From: Acaryochloris thomasi RCC1774
GTDB taxonomy: Bacteria > Cyanobacteriota > Cyanobacteriia > Thermosynechococcales > Thermosynechococcaceae
Direction of reading: 5' to 3'
DNA: 32,000 bases
Assembly: GCF_003231495.1 (NCBI RefSeq)
Contig: NZ_PQWO01000001.1
Span: 330,001-362,000 of the forward strand
Within the stretch, counting starts at the first letter, position 1. Each line of letters begins with the position of its first letter. The position numbers and the translations under genes are program-made. Below the pieces are notes generated by a model, which saw only the letters and a program-made list of their open reading frames with translations, made no database searches and was not told where the DNA came from. Shown one piece after another: positions 15,757 through 24,971 of the stretch.

Positions 15757-16575
15757 ATGCAAAAGATGCATGTGTTCTATAACAAGTCAGTGCAAAGCCG
15801 ATTTAAGATACCCCATCGGTTTGTGCTTCTCATTGCTATTCTTCTGATCTGCAGTGTTGGATGCGATGCCAATGTGCTTCCCTCCAGGGATGTGGCTTCC
15901 CCTTTGCCTGCTCCTCCCAATCCTTCGCATCAAGATTCCGCCACTAAATCAGAGCGTCAGATAGACGATACGTCTTGGGGCGGGCTGAATGTTGAATTTG
16001 CCGGTGTCCCTTTGGAACAAGCCGAGCGCATCATCGTTTTATTACATGGATACGGTGCGCAGGGTGATGATCTGGTTGGCTTAGAAAAGGAGCTTGAGGC
16101 CGGTGAGAGAGCCGCTTTTATTTATCCTGCTGCGCCCCTCGCGCTTAAATCAGGTGGCTTGGCTTGGACTCAATTCAATGGCAATGGGTTCGAATCGTCT
16201 TATCAACAGCTTCTATCGTTCATGAACGATCTGCACAACAAATATCCAGATCGCTCGATTACTGTAGGTGGCTTTTCACAAGGGGCCATGATGGCCAGCA
16301 ATTTATTAGCCGAGGAGAGCCTGCAGATAGAGGGGATGCTACTTTACTCTCCTTACCTGGCCTTGGCTCGACCTCCTCATACGGGAGAATCCTTACCGAA
16401 GGTATTCTTGGCACATGGACGGTCTGACAAGGTGCTGGCGTTCTCTGAGAGTGAGAAAATGCGGCAGACTCTCCAGTCTAAAGGCTACGACGTGACTTGG
16501 TTCCCCTTTGATGGCGGGCATACCATTCCCCCCTCTGTCATCAGCGCCAGCAATAAGTTCCTACGCAAGATGTAG
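15757..16575 (+). CDS. Alpha/beta-hydrolase, phospholipase/carboxylesterase family, possibly a lipoprotein
   Basis: 272-aa ORF. N-terminal hydrophobic segment ending LLICSVGC (imperfect lipobox). Nucleophile elbow GFSQGA, then HGRSD and GGHTIP, consistent with a Ser-Asp-His triad. Confidence 0.7.
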   Translation: MQKMHVFYNKSVQSRFKIPHRFVLLIAILLICSVGCDANVLPSRDVASPLPAPPNPSHQDSATKSERQIDDTSWGGLNVEFAGVPLEQAERIIVLLHGYGAQGDDLVGLEKELEAGERAAFIYPAAPLALKSGGLAWTQFNGNGFESSYQQLLSFMNDLHNKYPDRSITVGGFSQGAMMASNLLAEESLQIEGMLLYSPYLALARPPHTGESLPKVFLAHGRSDKVLAFSESEKMRQTLQSKGYDVTWFPFDGGHTIPPSVISASNKFLRKM

Positions 16576-16654
16576 TGAACAAAAAGACACTCTAGGGGGT
16601 TGGAGCATTAAGCGGCTCCAGTATTGGCAACAAAAATATCGACTCTATGTTGCT

Positions 16655-18046
16655 TTAGGCCAGAACCCGCTGCGTCAACGGTTGCGGTTCAGCAATCCAG
16701 GCAGTCAAGTCGGTTAGAGCGCGATCGCGATAGGCCCCATACCGATCTTTTTTCTTTTTCACCCGCTGGGCCAGTTCAGGAATAATCCCAAAGTTGGGCG
16801 GCATCGGCTGAAAGTGCTTGGGCGATGCTGAACTAATGAACTCAAACAAGGCACCGTTCATAGTTGTGGGAGGTAGTACCACTGGCTCTAACCCTCGGGC
16901 AATCCGAGCTGCATTGGTTCCCGCTAGCCAGCCACCTGCCGCCGCCGCCGTGTAGCCTTCAGTGCCCACCAGTTGCCCCGCCGCCAGTAGCGTTGGACGC
17001 TGCTTGAACTGGAGGCTGGGGTGTAGCAGTTCCGGCGCATTCAAAAACGTATTGCGATGCATCACACCCATGCGTACAAACTCCGCCTGCTCTAGCCCCG
17101 GAATCATCCGGAAAACTCGCTTTTGCTCACCCCAGCGCAGGTTTGTCTGGAAGCCCACCATGTTCCATAGCTTGCCAGCTTTATCTTCTTGACGGAGCTG
17201 AACAATGGCATAGGGGCGATGCTGCTGATTTTCAGGTGCTTTGAAATCACCGAGGCGCACATCGAATAACCCCACAGGCTTCATCGGGCCGTAGCGCAGC
17301 GTATCTTCACCGCGCTGCGCCATTTCTTCCACGGGTAAGCAGGCTTCGAAAAACTTAGCCGTCTCTCGCTCGAAGTCTTTGAGTTCTGCTTGTTCTGCCT
17401 CACAAAGGGCCTGCCAAAACGTCAAATACTGTTCTCTATTAAAGGGACAATTAAGATACGCGGCCTCACCCCGATCGTAGCGAGAGGCTAAAAAGGCGAC
17501 GTCACGGTTAATCGACTCGCCCACGATAATGGGGCTGGCAGCGTCAAAAAAGCTGAGATAGTCCTGCCCCGTGAACTGCCGCAGATCTACCTCTAGTGCG
17601 GCACTCGTCAACGGTCCCGTCGTCAAGACAGCAATGCCATCTTTCGGGATCTCTCGCACTTCATCTCGACGCAGTTCAATGAGAGGATGCTGCGCTAAAG
17701 TCTGCGTCAGATTTTCACTGAACACCGCTCGATCGACAGCTAAGGCTCCCCCGGCCGGTACTTCATGTTCGTCAGCTTTTTCAATAATGATAGAACCGAG
17801 CTGGCGTAGCTCAGTATGGAGTAAGCCTGCGGCGCGATCGCTCGACTTGGCCCCAAAGGAATTACTGCACACCAGCTCGGCCAAATGCTCAGTATGGTGG
17901 GCCGGACTTTTCTCTAAAGGCCGCATCTCGTGCAAAATGACGGGCAATCCAGCACGGGCAATTTGCCATGCCGCTTCAGTCCCAGCTAGACCGCCTCCAA
18001 TGACGTGGATGGGGTCTGGGGTCAGCAATGAATCAACTTCAGCCAT
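16655..18046 (-). CDS. trmFO: Methylenetetrahydrofolate--tRNA-(uracil-5-)-methyltransferase TrmFO (Gid)
   Basis: 463-aa ORF. FAD-binding [16 protein letters not shown], then LHEMRP...[12 protein letters not shown] and the conserved GQL.GTEGY region. Confidence 0.93.
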   Translation of the reverse strand: MAEVDSLLTPDPIHVIGGGLAGTEAAWQIARAGLPVILHEMRPLEKSPAHHTEHLAELVCSNSFGAKSSDRAAGLLHTELRQLGSIIIEKADEHEVPAGGALAVDRAVFSENLTQTLAQHPLIELRRDEVREIPKDGIAVLTTGPLTSAALEVDLRQFTGQDYLSFFDAASPIIVGESINRDVAFLASRYDRGEAAYLNCPFNREQYLTFWQALCEAEQAELKDFERETAKFFEACLPVEEMAQRGEDTLRYGPMKPVGLFDVRLGDFKAPENQQHRPYAIVQLRQEDKAGKLWNMVGFQTNLRWGEQKRVFRMIPGLEQAEFVRMGVMHRNTFLNAPELLHPSLQFKQRPTLLAAGQLVGTEGYTAAAAGGWLAGTNAARIARGLEPVVLPPTTMNGALFEFISSASPKHFQPMPPNFGIIPELAQRVKKKKDRYGAYRDRALTDLTAWIAEPQPLTQRVLA

Positions 18047-18061
18047 AGAAAACGTTGTCGC

Positions 18062-18099
18062 AGATAGAGCAGGACTAGCTCATAAGTCCTGCTCTATCT
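18062..18099 (-). terminator. Very stable stem-loop between the GHL10-like gene stop and the trmFO start
   Basis: Perfect 15-bp stem agatagagcaggact (18062-18076) / agtcctgctctatct (18085-18099) with an 8-nt loop, 26 nt downstream of the stop at 18125. There is no clean U-tract, so a terminator role is probable but not certain. Confidence 0.5.
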
Positions 18100-18124
18100 T
18101 ATCGACTAACGCCTCTAGAGAGCT

Positions 18125-19651
18125 TTAAGCCCCATAGTCAACGCGGCAAGAGCGTCGGGCATTGGAAAATGCTGGATCTTGCCAAGAAAAGTCAAAGTGG
18201 CTAACCGTTTTGACCTGAGGTGCAACCTGGCGAATAGCCTGCATCTGTGCCTCTAAAGAAGGTCGGTTATGGGAAAAACCACCCCAGGCACCTGCAATGG
18301 CCGGACTGACCTGGGTGCCGCTGGGGGCTGTTGCTAAGACTTGCTGAACCTGTTTGGCAATGCAGTCGGTGCTGTTGCCACACACGGCATAGGCCATCGG
18401 AGTCCATTCAATGTTGGTAGGGAACTGATCCCACGGCTGCATCCGTGAATCAAACCCCCGCCCGACTCGACGATTGGCACCCGGGAAAAAGACGGCTCCC
18501 GCCTTGATCCCCTGCTGCTGTACGGGGTTGGCTGCTGCTGTCAGAAAATCGACGACGCCTTGATAGGCGTGGGCTACGCTGAGCAGCCACAGGTCATGAT
18601 TTAGGCGGACGATGCGGGATGCTGCTGAAGGCAGGGTGGTATGGGTCGGCACCCGCCGTCCCTGCCACATTGCGGCTCCGTCGCTGGAATAGCGTTGATC
18701 AAAGGCGGCCAGTGTACTAGCAGAGAGCGCCCCCTGAGCCATATAGTGCTTCAGCACCGCTTGCCCTTTAGAGTTTGTGGCTCGAGAGAGAAATACGTTC
18801 TGAGAGGCGCGCCCAAAGATCCAGAGATCGCTGGTTTTGCTGGCCACGGATGCACCGCCGGTTTGCCGAGGGTAGCGGATATAGTCAAACAAGATGCCGT
18901 TGGGTTTGCGCTTTGCGATCGCATCTAACATCAGGCGAAAATCCTGCCTCGCCTGCGGACTATAGGGATCCACAAAAACCTTGTCGGTATCCCCCGTAAT
19001 ATCAATATTGGGGTCTGCAGAGCTAATTAGCGTAGAGCTAGGTTTACCGCTACCGTTACGCGCCAAAGCCCCCTGACGATCTGGGCGATTACCGTACTCA
19101 TAACCATAGTTCAGGCTGAAGGTCCAGGCATAGGGCTGCAGCCCTCGCTCCCGAGCCTTTTGCATCGCCTCTGCCAGTAGGTCTCGCTGGGCATACTCAG
19201 GTTTACGAACAATTGACGGCCATAGTGTGGGATTCTCGCTGGTGGGCAGCAGGACCTGTCCGCTATAGAAAACTTCAATATTGACGCGGTTATAGCCTCG
19301 ATTAACGAGTCGATCCATGAGGCTATCCAGCACACCGGGCTTTAGATCACATTCATAGAGTCGTAGCCAGATCGCTTGAGTCTGAGGCCAGCTCTGAGCA
19401 CGACAGGCACGAAGCTGATCCGAACTGCGCTTGACCATCACCTGATAGCGTTGCTTTGCCGCCTGATCCCCCCCGACAGACTTCTTAAGCGCCTCCTCTT
19501 TTTGAATCGCCGCCTCCTTCGATGACTGGCAATATCCAGGGATTTGGGCTTGAGCCGTCGTGTTTCCCCAGAGAACACCGCTAGCTGCAATAAGGCTCGT
19601 CAGAGAAAGCGAGAGTAAAGGGAGTCGCAGCCAAGAGCAACGCATAGTCAT
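18125..19651 (-). CDS. Secreted glycoside hydrolase-like family 10 (GHL10/DUF187, YngK-like) protein
   Basis: 508-aa ORF. Signal peptide (LPLLSLSLTSLIAASGVLWGNTTAQAQ). Family-like segments: AIWLRLYE...GYNRVNIEVFYSG, ARERGLQPYAWTF and ILFDYIRYP. Confidence 0.65.
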   Translation of the reverse strand: MTMRCSWLRLPLLSLSLTSLIAASGVLWGNTTAQAQIPGYCQSSKEAAIQKEEALKKSVGGDQAAKQRYQVMVKRSSDQLRACRAQSWPQTQAIWLRLYECDLKPGVLDSLMDRLVNRGYNRVNIEVFYSGQVLLPTSENPTLWPSIVRKPEYAQRDLLAEAMQKARERGLQPYAWTFSLNYGYEYGNRPDRQGALARNGSGKPSSTLISSADPNIDITGDTDKVFVDPYSPQARQDFRLMLDAIAKRKPNGILFDYIRYPRQTGGASVASKTSDLWIFGRASQNVFLSRATNSKGQAVLKHYMAQGALSASTLAAFDQRYSSDGAAMWQGRRVPTHTTLPSAASRIVRLNHDLWLLSVAHAYQGVVDFLTAAANPVQQQGIKAGAVFFPGANRRVGRGFDSRMQPWDQFPTNIEWTPMAYAVCGNSTDCIAKQVQQVLATAPSGTQVSPAIAGAWGGFSHNRPSLEAQMQAIRQVAPQVKTVSHFDFSWQDPAFSNARRSCRVDYGA

Positions 19652-20360
19652 AAATCAGAAGGTCTTGAGAGATTGTGTTCAGGATTATCATGATCGTTAT
19701 TGCTCAGGGCTGAGCAACAGAACCCTAACCTGTCCTTCAACAGATTGAGCATCAGGAAGTTGAGTCTTAACCACTATCTTGCCGTCAAGCAGAGGTTAAT
19801 AAAAGATGTATGTACCAATAACCCCTTAACTGCTTAAGTATTTAGGCTCATTGCCTAACACTGCCCCACAATAACGAGCCTAGAAGCTAGACGCAGAAGC
19901 TTTTGCTCGAGTTCCGTCAAGTCCTTAGGAAACATTACGAATGATTCCAAGAAAATCTGGGGAGAAGTCAGAGCTTCTGTGTCTCATCAGCCTTCATTGA
20001 TGACCAAGGTCGCTCCATATCCAATCACTCTCTCTGCCATGCGTGCAGGCAGCCTCTTAAAGAGAAGAAGTCTGCAAGTATTTCAAGTCATAGCCAAATA
20101 ATCCTCGGAGGTGGCCCAGTGCCTTCATCTAATCTTCTGCTGGTAGGGCTTGCAGAATGGCTGCAAGCCGACAAGAGTCTTAATTCTTCCTGCATCTTCA
20201 GACGCTGACAAAAATCTGAGGGAACCAGAGACTAACCTCTTTGACTTAAACAACGCAGTCGACTGTTTCATTCACAAATTCAAAAAAACAACTTGACTCC
20301 TAAACCCCGTACGAAGTAAATTTCTCCTAAGTCTTATGCCTGCTGTACTTCGAAGTTGAG

Positions 20361-21128
20361 ATGATCATGAACCAAGATTTAGTCAAAGTGCAGTCTAAGA
20401 ATCAAGGCATTATTGTACATGCGCTTCATAAAAGTGCTTCAATGTTTTTATATCGCCTATTTCAAGATTTATCAAAAGAAAAAGGTATCTCTTTCTATTC
20501 TGCTAACAACAAGCCTAGCGATAGAGAAGAAGTAAGCGCTGACATGGACGATAGTTTCTGCTTATGTCCAGAGCGAAACTTCAATATTAATGAATATGAG
20601 TTCAATCGGCTCAACAAAACTATCCATATTCTTCAGGTTCGAGACCCTAGAGATATCCTAGTATCGCAATATTTCTCCTTTGGATGGATACATAATCTCA
20701 AGCCTAGTGACGAGAAGACTGAGCGAGAACTCATACAGTCAATGTCTATTGATGAATACGTCTTACAGGCAACGACCGACTCAACTTTTCACAACTTGCT
20801 AGAGAGATATACTCCTATCTTAGAGATAGCAAGATCCAAAAATCCTGACACTATAATCGTCAAATATGAAGACATGGTGACGAACTTCAATCGTTGGTTG
20901 CCAAGCATTATAGACGTCTTCAATTTCAATCCAATACAATCGAAGATTTTGCTAACAAAATATCTGTTTAAACACCGAAATTCTTTCAACCCTCCAAAGA
21001 CTGAAAAACAAGCTCATAAAAGAAAGATTACCCCTGGCGACCACAAAAACAAATTAAAACCAGAGACAATCGAGAAACTCAATGAAATGTTTGCAGAGAT
21101 TTTACAGGAGTGTAACTATCTTTCATAG
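20361..21128 (+). CDS. Sulfotransferase-family protein (solitary, in a low-GC patch)
   Basis: 255-aa ORF. 5'-PSB-like loop HKSASMF, 3'-PB-like motif VRDPRDILVSQYFS, and C-terminal HKRKITPGDHKNKLKPETIEKLNEMF resembling the RKGxxGDWKNxFT region of sulfotransferases. Hand GC counts are 20/60 (20361-20420) and 22/60 (20881-20940). Confidence 0.6.
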   Translation: MIMNQDLVKVQSKNQGIIVHALHKSASMFLYRLFQDLSKEKGISFYSANNKPSDREEVSADMDDSFCLCPERNFNINEYEFNRLNKTIHILQVRDPRDILVSQYFSFGWIHNLKPSDEKTERELIQSMSIDEYVLQATTDSTFHNLLERYTPILEIARSKNPDTIIVKYEDMVTNFNRWLPSIIDVFNFNPIQSKILLTKYLFKHRNSFNPPKTEKQAHKRKITPGDHKNKLKPETIEKLNEMFAEILQECNYLS

Positions 21129-21271
21129 AAAAGTGATATTTGAGCGGTAGTGGAGATCTGCCGTGTTAACGGTGACACCCAGAAAGCATCCCGGCAGGGG
21201 CAGGCTTGAGCGCTAGAAATCAGACCTCTGATTTGAGTTCACCCAGTTCCATATATCGCTAAATCTCGACC

Positions 21272-22357
21272 TTAATACGACTCATCACTGTCAAAACTAG
21301 AGCTGCCTGAAAAGCCATCATCATCCTCGCCAGAAAGGGCTTGGCAGGGATCCGTTCCCGATTGTGGTACAGGATAGGACGAATCAACACGAACAGACGA
21401 CAACATCACAGGAGTATCGAGTGCAAAGATCAAAGAGACGCCCGACGGCAGCTCGCTAATCTTTTTACCTTGGGGCGAATGAAAGGCTGAAGTGATGCCA
21501 GAGGCAACAGATAAACCAACCCCCAGCAAATCACTGACACCACCAGAGATGAGGCCTTGATCGCTGACCCAGCCCTGCAGGTTATTGACCACATTAAGGG
21601 CAGCACCCTCTGTCGGCACACTGCTACTGTCAAAAAAAGAATTTTGTGAATCAGGATGCGCTCGTGATAGCACCGGAATCGCCAGTGGGGACGTTTGAAT
21701 CGGGACCAGACGACCATTAACAATCAGCGAACTAACCTGCATCTTGACCATGCGACGCTTTGGCTGGATTTGTAGGTTAGCCAATGAGCGCATCGGCGCC
21801 ACTACAGTCCCTGCCCGATCTGTAATGGGATGTGAGAGCACAGCCGTCACGGGAAAAGGCTCCTTCTGCTTGCTATCAAATCTGACCGGCGAGCAAAAGG
21901 TCACCACAACAGCCGTGGATACTGGTAGCCTCGTGCTGATGATTTTCGGCTCAGGGCGAGGGCGATCATTGGAAATTAGTTCCGTCTCATCTGTTTCAGC
22001 AGGCGTTGTGGCGGCATCATTATAGGGAGAAGCCGTCTCTGGCTCCGTTGACATCGAGTGATCTTCATTTCCAGAAATTGACTTAGCCTCATCGGCTGGC
22101 GCTTCACTGTTTCCATCTATAGACGCTGAATCGTCTGCGTCTGCTGGTATTGCGTCTAGCGCTTGGGGCGGTAATACGGTCTCGGAGTCACCCGAGACTG
22201 CCGCTGAATTCATGATTCGCGCTCGAGCGGCCTGAACCTCTGATTCAACTTGAGCTGATGCAGTTGATTCAGCTTGAGCTAATGCAGTATTGCTGAGGGT
22301 CAATAATCCCCAAAAACATGGCAGGAACAGCCATGCCATTCTTTGTTTCTTATTCAT
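21272..22357 (-). CDS. Secreted hypothetical protein: signal peptide, acidic low-complexity region of about 100 aa, C-terminal globular module, acidic Ser/Asp tail
   Basis: 361-aa ORF. MNKKQRMAWLFLPCFWGLLTLSNTALAQA signal. Asp/Glu/Ser/Thr/Ala-rich region at aa 55-135. No family recognised. Confidence 0.6.
   Translation of the reverse strand: MNKKQRMAWLFLPCFWGLLTLSNTALAQAESTASAQVESEVQAARARIMNSAAVSGDSETVLPPQALDAIPADADDSASIDGNSEAPADEAKSISGNEDHSMSTEPETASPYNDAATTPAETDETELISNDRPRPEPKIISTRLPVSTAVVVTFCSPVRFDSKQKEPFPVTAVLSHPITDRAGTVVAPMRSLANLQIQPKRRMVKMQVSSLIVNGRLVPIQTSPLAIPVLSRAHPDSQNSFFDSSSVPTEGAALNVVNNLQGWVSDQGLISGGVSDLLGVGLSVASGITSAFHSPQGKKISELPSGVSLIFALDTPVMLSSVRVDSSYPVPQSGTDPCQALSGEDDDGFSGSSSFDSDESY
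22242..22289. repeat. 24-nt tandem duplication (2 units, 21/24 identical) inside the signal-peptide cleavage region of the acidic secreted protein gene
   Basis: gattcaacttgagctgatgcagtt (22242-22265) and gattcagcttgagctaatgcagta (22266-22289). On the minus strand these encode TALAQAES followed by TASAQVES. Confidence 0.85.
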
Positions 22358-22942
22358 TAGGAGTCACCATCTAGAGAAGAGATTTCAAAGAAGCCGGAGT
22401 TCCAGCATCTATTGGTGCCGCAGCAAGTTACTTCATAAGCGACAGGGCCAGCCGGTCGCAAATAAAGCACCATGAAGGTAAAGATAGCGGCGGCGAAAGC
22501 ATCTCACAAAACGCTAATCGCCAGCAGTTACTTGGGCAAACCCAAGCAACGGTCTGCTACAGAGTTAACTGGTTTGAAATTAAGTCGAAGGTTGTTTAGG
22601 AAGCTATTTTGTCGTGCAGGTTTTGTGGGGATGCACGGCTGTACTCAACAAACTGAGAGTATATCGATACTCGCGGGTGTCAGTCGTAACCGCTAACGAC
22701 TTCAATATAGGTAAACACAGGTGACGCCAGAGAGCGCCGTTCATCATCATGATCATTTGTTCAATCCCCCGTCAAAATCAATCGTCTTGCAGAACGTTCC
22801 GCTCAACTTGCACCTATTTTTCCCTAATCGACTTGATTTAGTGACAACTACGGAAGACTTTCTTAAAAAACTATGAGAAACCTCTGACGTAGCATGGTGG
22901 CGAGGAATGCCCATGAAGCTGCTTCATCAGCGCTCCCATTGC

Positions 22943-23872
22943 TTACGGAATCGCAATCGTTTGTAGCAGATTCTCCACCACAGCTCTCGCATTGTGTCCA
23001 CCCGTAGAAATCATGCGATGCCCCAACACAGCAGGGGCCAGAGCTTTAACATCATCAGGAATCGCGTAATCACGCCCCTCTAAAAAGGCAAAGGCTTGAA
23101 CGGCTCTCTGTAACGTCACGCTTCCTCGGGGACTCACGCCTAAACTGATGTCATGATGCTCTCGTGTCGCACGCACTAGGGCTAGCATGTACTGCTGTAG
23201 CGGTATTTCTACCTGGACTTCGGTACATTTCTGCTGCAGTGCTTTGACCTCACTGAGCGAGAGGCAGGGCTGCAGCTGTTCTAAGGGACTACCGGCCTGT
23301 AAACGCTGCAACATCTGCAGTTCTTCATCCATAGACGGATAGCCAAGGCTGAAGGACAGGGCAAAGCGATCGAGCTGGGCTTCAGGTAGGGGAAACGTTC
23401 CCTGATACTCAACGGGGTTTTGAGTCGCAATGACAAAGAAAGGTTGGGCAACAACGTGACAAGCACCATCAATCGTGACTTGGGCTTCTTCCATCACCTC
23501 TAGTAGAGCCGATTGCGTGCGGGGGGTGGACCGATTGATTTCATCGGCTAAGAGAATGTTGGCGAAGACGGGACCGGCTAAAAATTCAAATTTGCCTTCT
23601 CGGGGGTTCCAAATATTAGTGCCGGTCAAATCACTCGCTAACAGATCGGGGGTGCATTGGATCCGTTGAAACTGGCCGTCAATCGATTTAGCAAGGGCTT
23701 TGGCGAGGAGCGTTTTACCGACCCCTGGTACATCTTCGAGGAGGGCATGCCCGCCTGAGAGTAGGGCCACCAAGACGAGACGAATGGCATCTTGTTTACC
23801 GACGATGGCGCGGTTTAGATTAGTCGTTAAGCGCTCAATAGGGGTTTGCATGTTGATTTCTGAAGCAATCAT
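22943..23872 (-). CDS. MoxR-family AAA+ ATPase
   Basis: 309-aa ORF. Walker A EDVPGVGKT, Walker B ILLADEINR followed by PRTQSALLEVMEE, and the C-terminal lid GVSPRGS...LQRA. An alternative ATG at 23851 is possible. Confidence 0.88.
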   Translation of the reverse strand: MIASEINMQTPIERLTTNLNRAIVGKQDAIRLVLVALLSGGHALLEDVPGVGKTLLAKALAKSIDGQFQRIQCTPDLLASDLTGTNIWNPREGKFEFLAGPVFANILLADEINRSTPRTQSALLEVMEEAQVTIDGACHVVAQPFFVIATQNPVEYQGTFPLPEAQLDRFALSFSLGYPSMDEELQMLQRLQAGSPLEQLQPCLSLSEVKALQQKCTEVQVEIPLQQYMLALVRATREHHDISLGVSPRGSVTLQRAVQAFAFLEGRDYAIPDDVKALAPAVLGHRMISTGGHNARAVVENLLQTIAIP

Positions 23873-23914
23873 CGGACGCAGGCTCGTAAAGGTAGAACGT
23901 GAGTCTCTCTGGCA

Positions 23915-24847
23915 TCAAGTCTGCATAACGGAGGATTGATGTGCACGAGCAGCTTTACAGTCTTGCTGAATTTGTGCCTTGAGCGCATCTAAAGAGTCAA
24001 ATTTTTGCTCGGGTCGCAGAAATTGCTCCAGGGAGACAGTGATAGTGTGCCCATAGAGATCGCTAGACCAATCTAATAGGTGAACTTCAGGGACTTGATG
24101 GGTGCCGTCAACCGTGGGGCGACAGCCGAGGTTCATGACACCTTTTTGAGCCTGGGGCAATGAGGGACCGGTGACGCCGACGCTGTAGACACCTTGACGC
24201 GGTAAAAATTTATCCTCTGGCAGCTTGAGATTAGCTGTGGGGAAACCCAAGGTTGCACCTAGATGTTGCCCTTCAACAACGGTCCCTGTGAGGGTATAGG
24301 GACGACCTAACATTTGCTGGGCCTGGTCGAGCTGTCCGTCTTGGAGAGCGGCACGGATAGCAGAACTACTGATAGGTGCAGCTGCTGCGGTTTGAGGGGT
24401 GGCAATGTTGACGGGGATCTTGTATTGACTTGCGATCGCATCTAAGTCTGCCGTTGTCCCCGAGCGTTGGCGACCAAACCCAAAGTTAAAGCCCACGCTG
24501 ATGCAGCGAGCGGCCAGCTGCTGTACTAAAATCTGCTCCACAAACTCCGGGGGCGAAAGCTGAGCCAGCGCCTCATCAAAGGTCAGCAGCACCAACTGTT
24601 CAATTCCCAACTGCTCAAGAAGTGCAGCCTTCTCTTCTAGAGGGGTCAGCAGCAGCTGCGGCTGACCTGAGAAAAAAGCCTGAGGGTGCGGATCAAAGGC
24701 GACGACGGTTAAGTGGGCAGAACGCTCAAGAGAGAACTCACGGAGTGCCGCAATTACCTTACAGTGACCTCGATGCAAACCATCAAAGTTACCAAGGGCA
24801 ACCGCTGAGGGTGTTAAAGCTTGGCTTAAAGACGAAGTGACCCGCAC
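23915..24847 (-). CDS. ribF: Bifunctional riboflavin kinase / FMN adenylyltransferase
   Basis: 310-aa ORF with GTG start. FAD-synthetase motif ALGNFDGLHRGH. Riboflavin-kinase region GFPTANL...GVY...MNLGCRPT...EVHLLDW..DLYG. Confidence 0.9.
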   Translation of the reverse strand: MRVTSSLSQALTPSAVALGNFDGLHRGHCKVIAALREFSLERSAHLTVVAFDPHPQAFFSGQPQLLLTPLEEKAALLEQLGIEQLVLLTFDEALAQLSPPEFVEQILVQQLAARCISVGFNFGFGRQRSGTTADLDAIASQYKIPVNIATPQTAAAAPISSSAIRAALQDGQLDQAQQMLGRPYTLTGTVVEGQHLGATLGFPTANLKLPEDKFLPRQGVYSVGVTGPSLPQAQKGVMNLGCRPTVDGTHQVPEVHLLDWSSDLYGHTITVSLEQFLRPEQKFDSLDALKAQIQQDCKAARAHQSSVMQT

Positions 24848-24971
24848 AGTTTACATTTTGACACAATGATTGATTCCAGCGTACCGCGTTCCTAACGGTT
24901 TGCACGGCAGAATTCCCGTTTTTTCTAGGCACGATGGCAAAAACGCACTAGGACAATGATTTTAGCCTCTC

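Noticed and set aside
17571-18128. 185-aa plus-strand ORF. This stands for all similar long ORFs listed opposite strong genes, for example 297-578, 1138-1371, 8228-8572, 9396-9764, 15086-15388, 25216-25539, 25400-25714, 26555-27136 and 29151-29480.
   Set aside because: Each lies antisense to, or out of frame within, a CDS with clear family motifs (here trmFO). Their translations are Arg/Ser/Pro/Cys-rich and low in complexity, as expected for shadow frames in GC-rich coding DNA. None has a recognisable motif.
22290-22696. Two plus-strand ORFs (61 aa and 74 aa) in the gap between moxR and the acidic secreted protein gene.
   Set aside because: They are highly basic with low-complexity translations, have no Shine-Dalgarno and no recognisable motif. 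The first overlaps the 5' end of the minus-strand gene. I treat the region as non-coding pending evidence.
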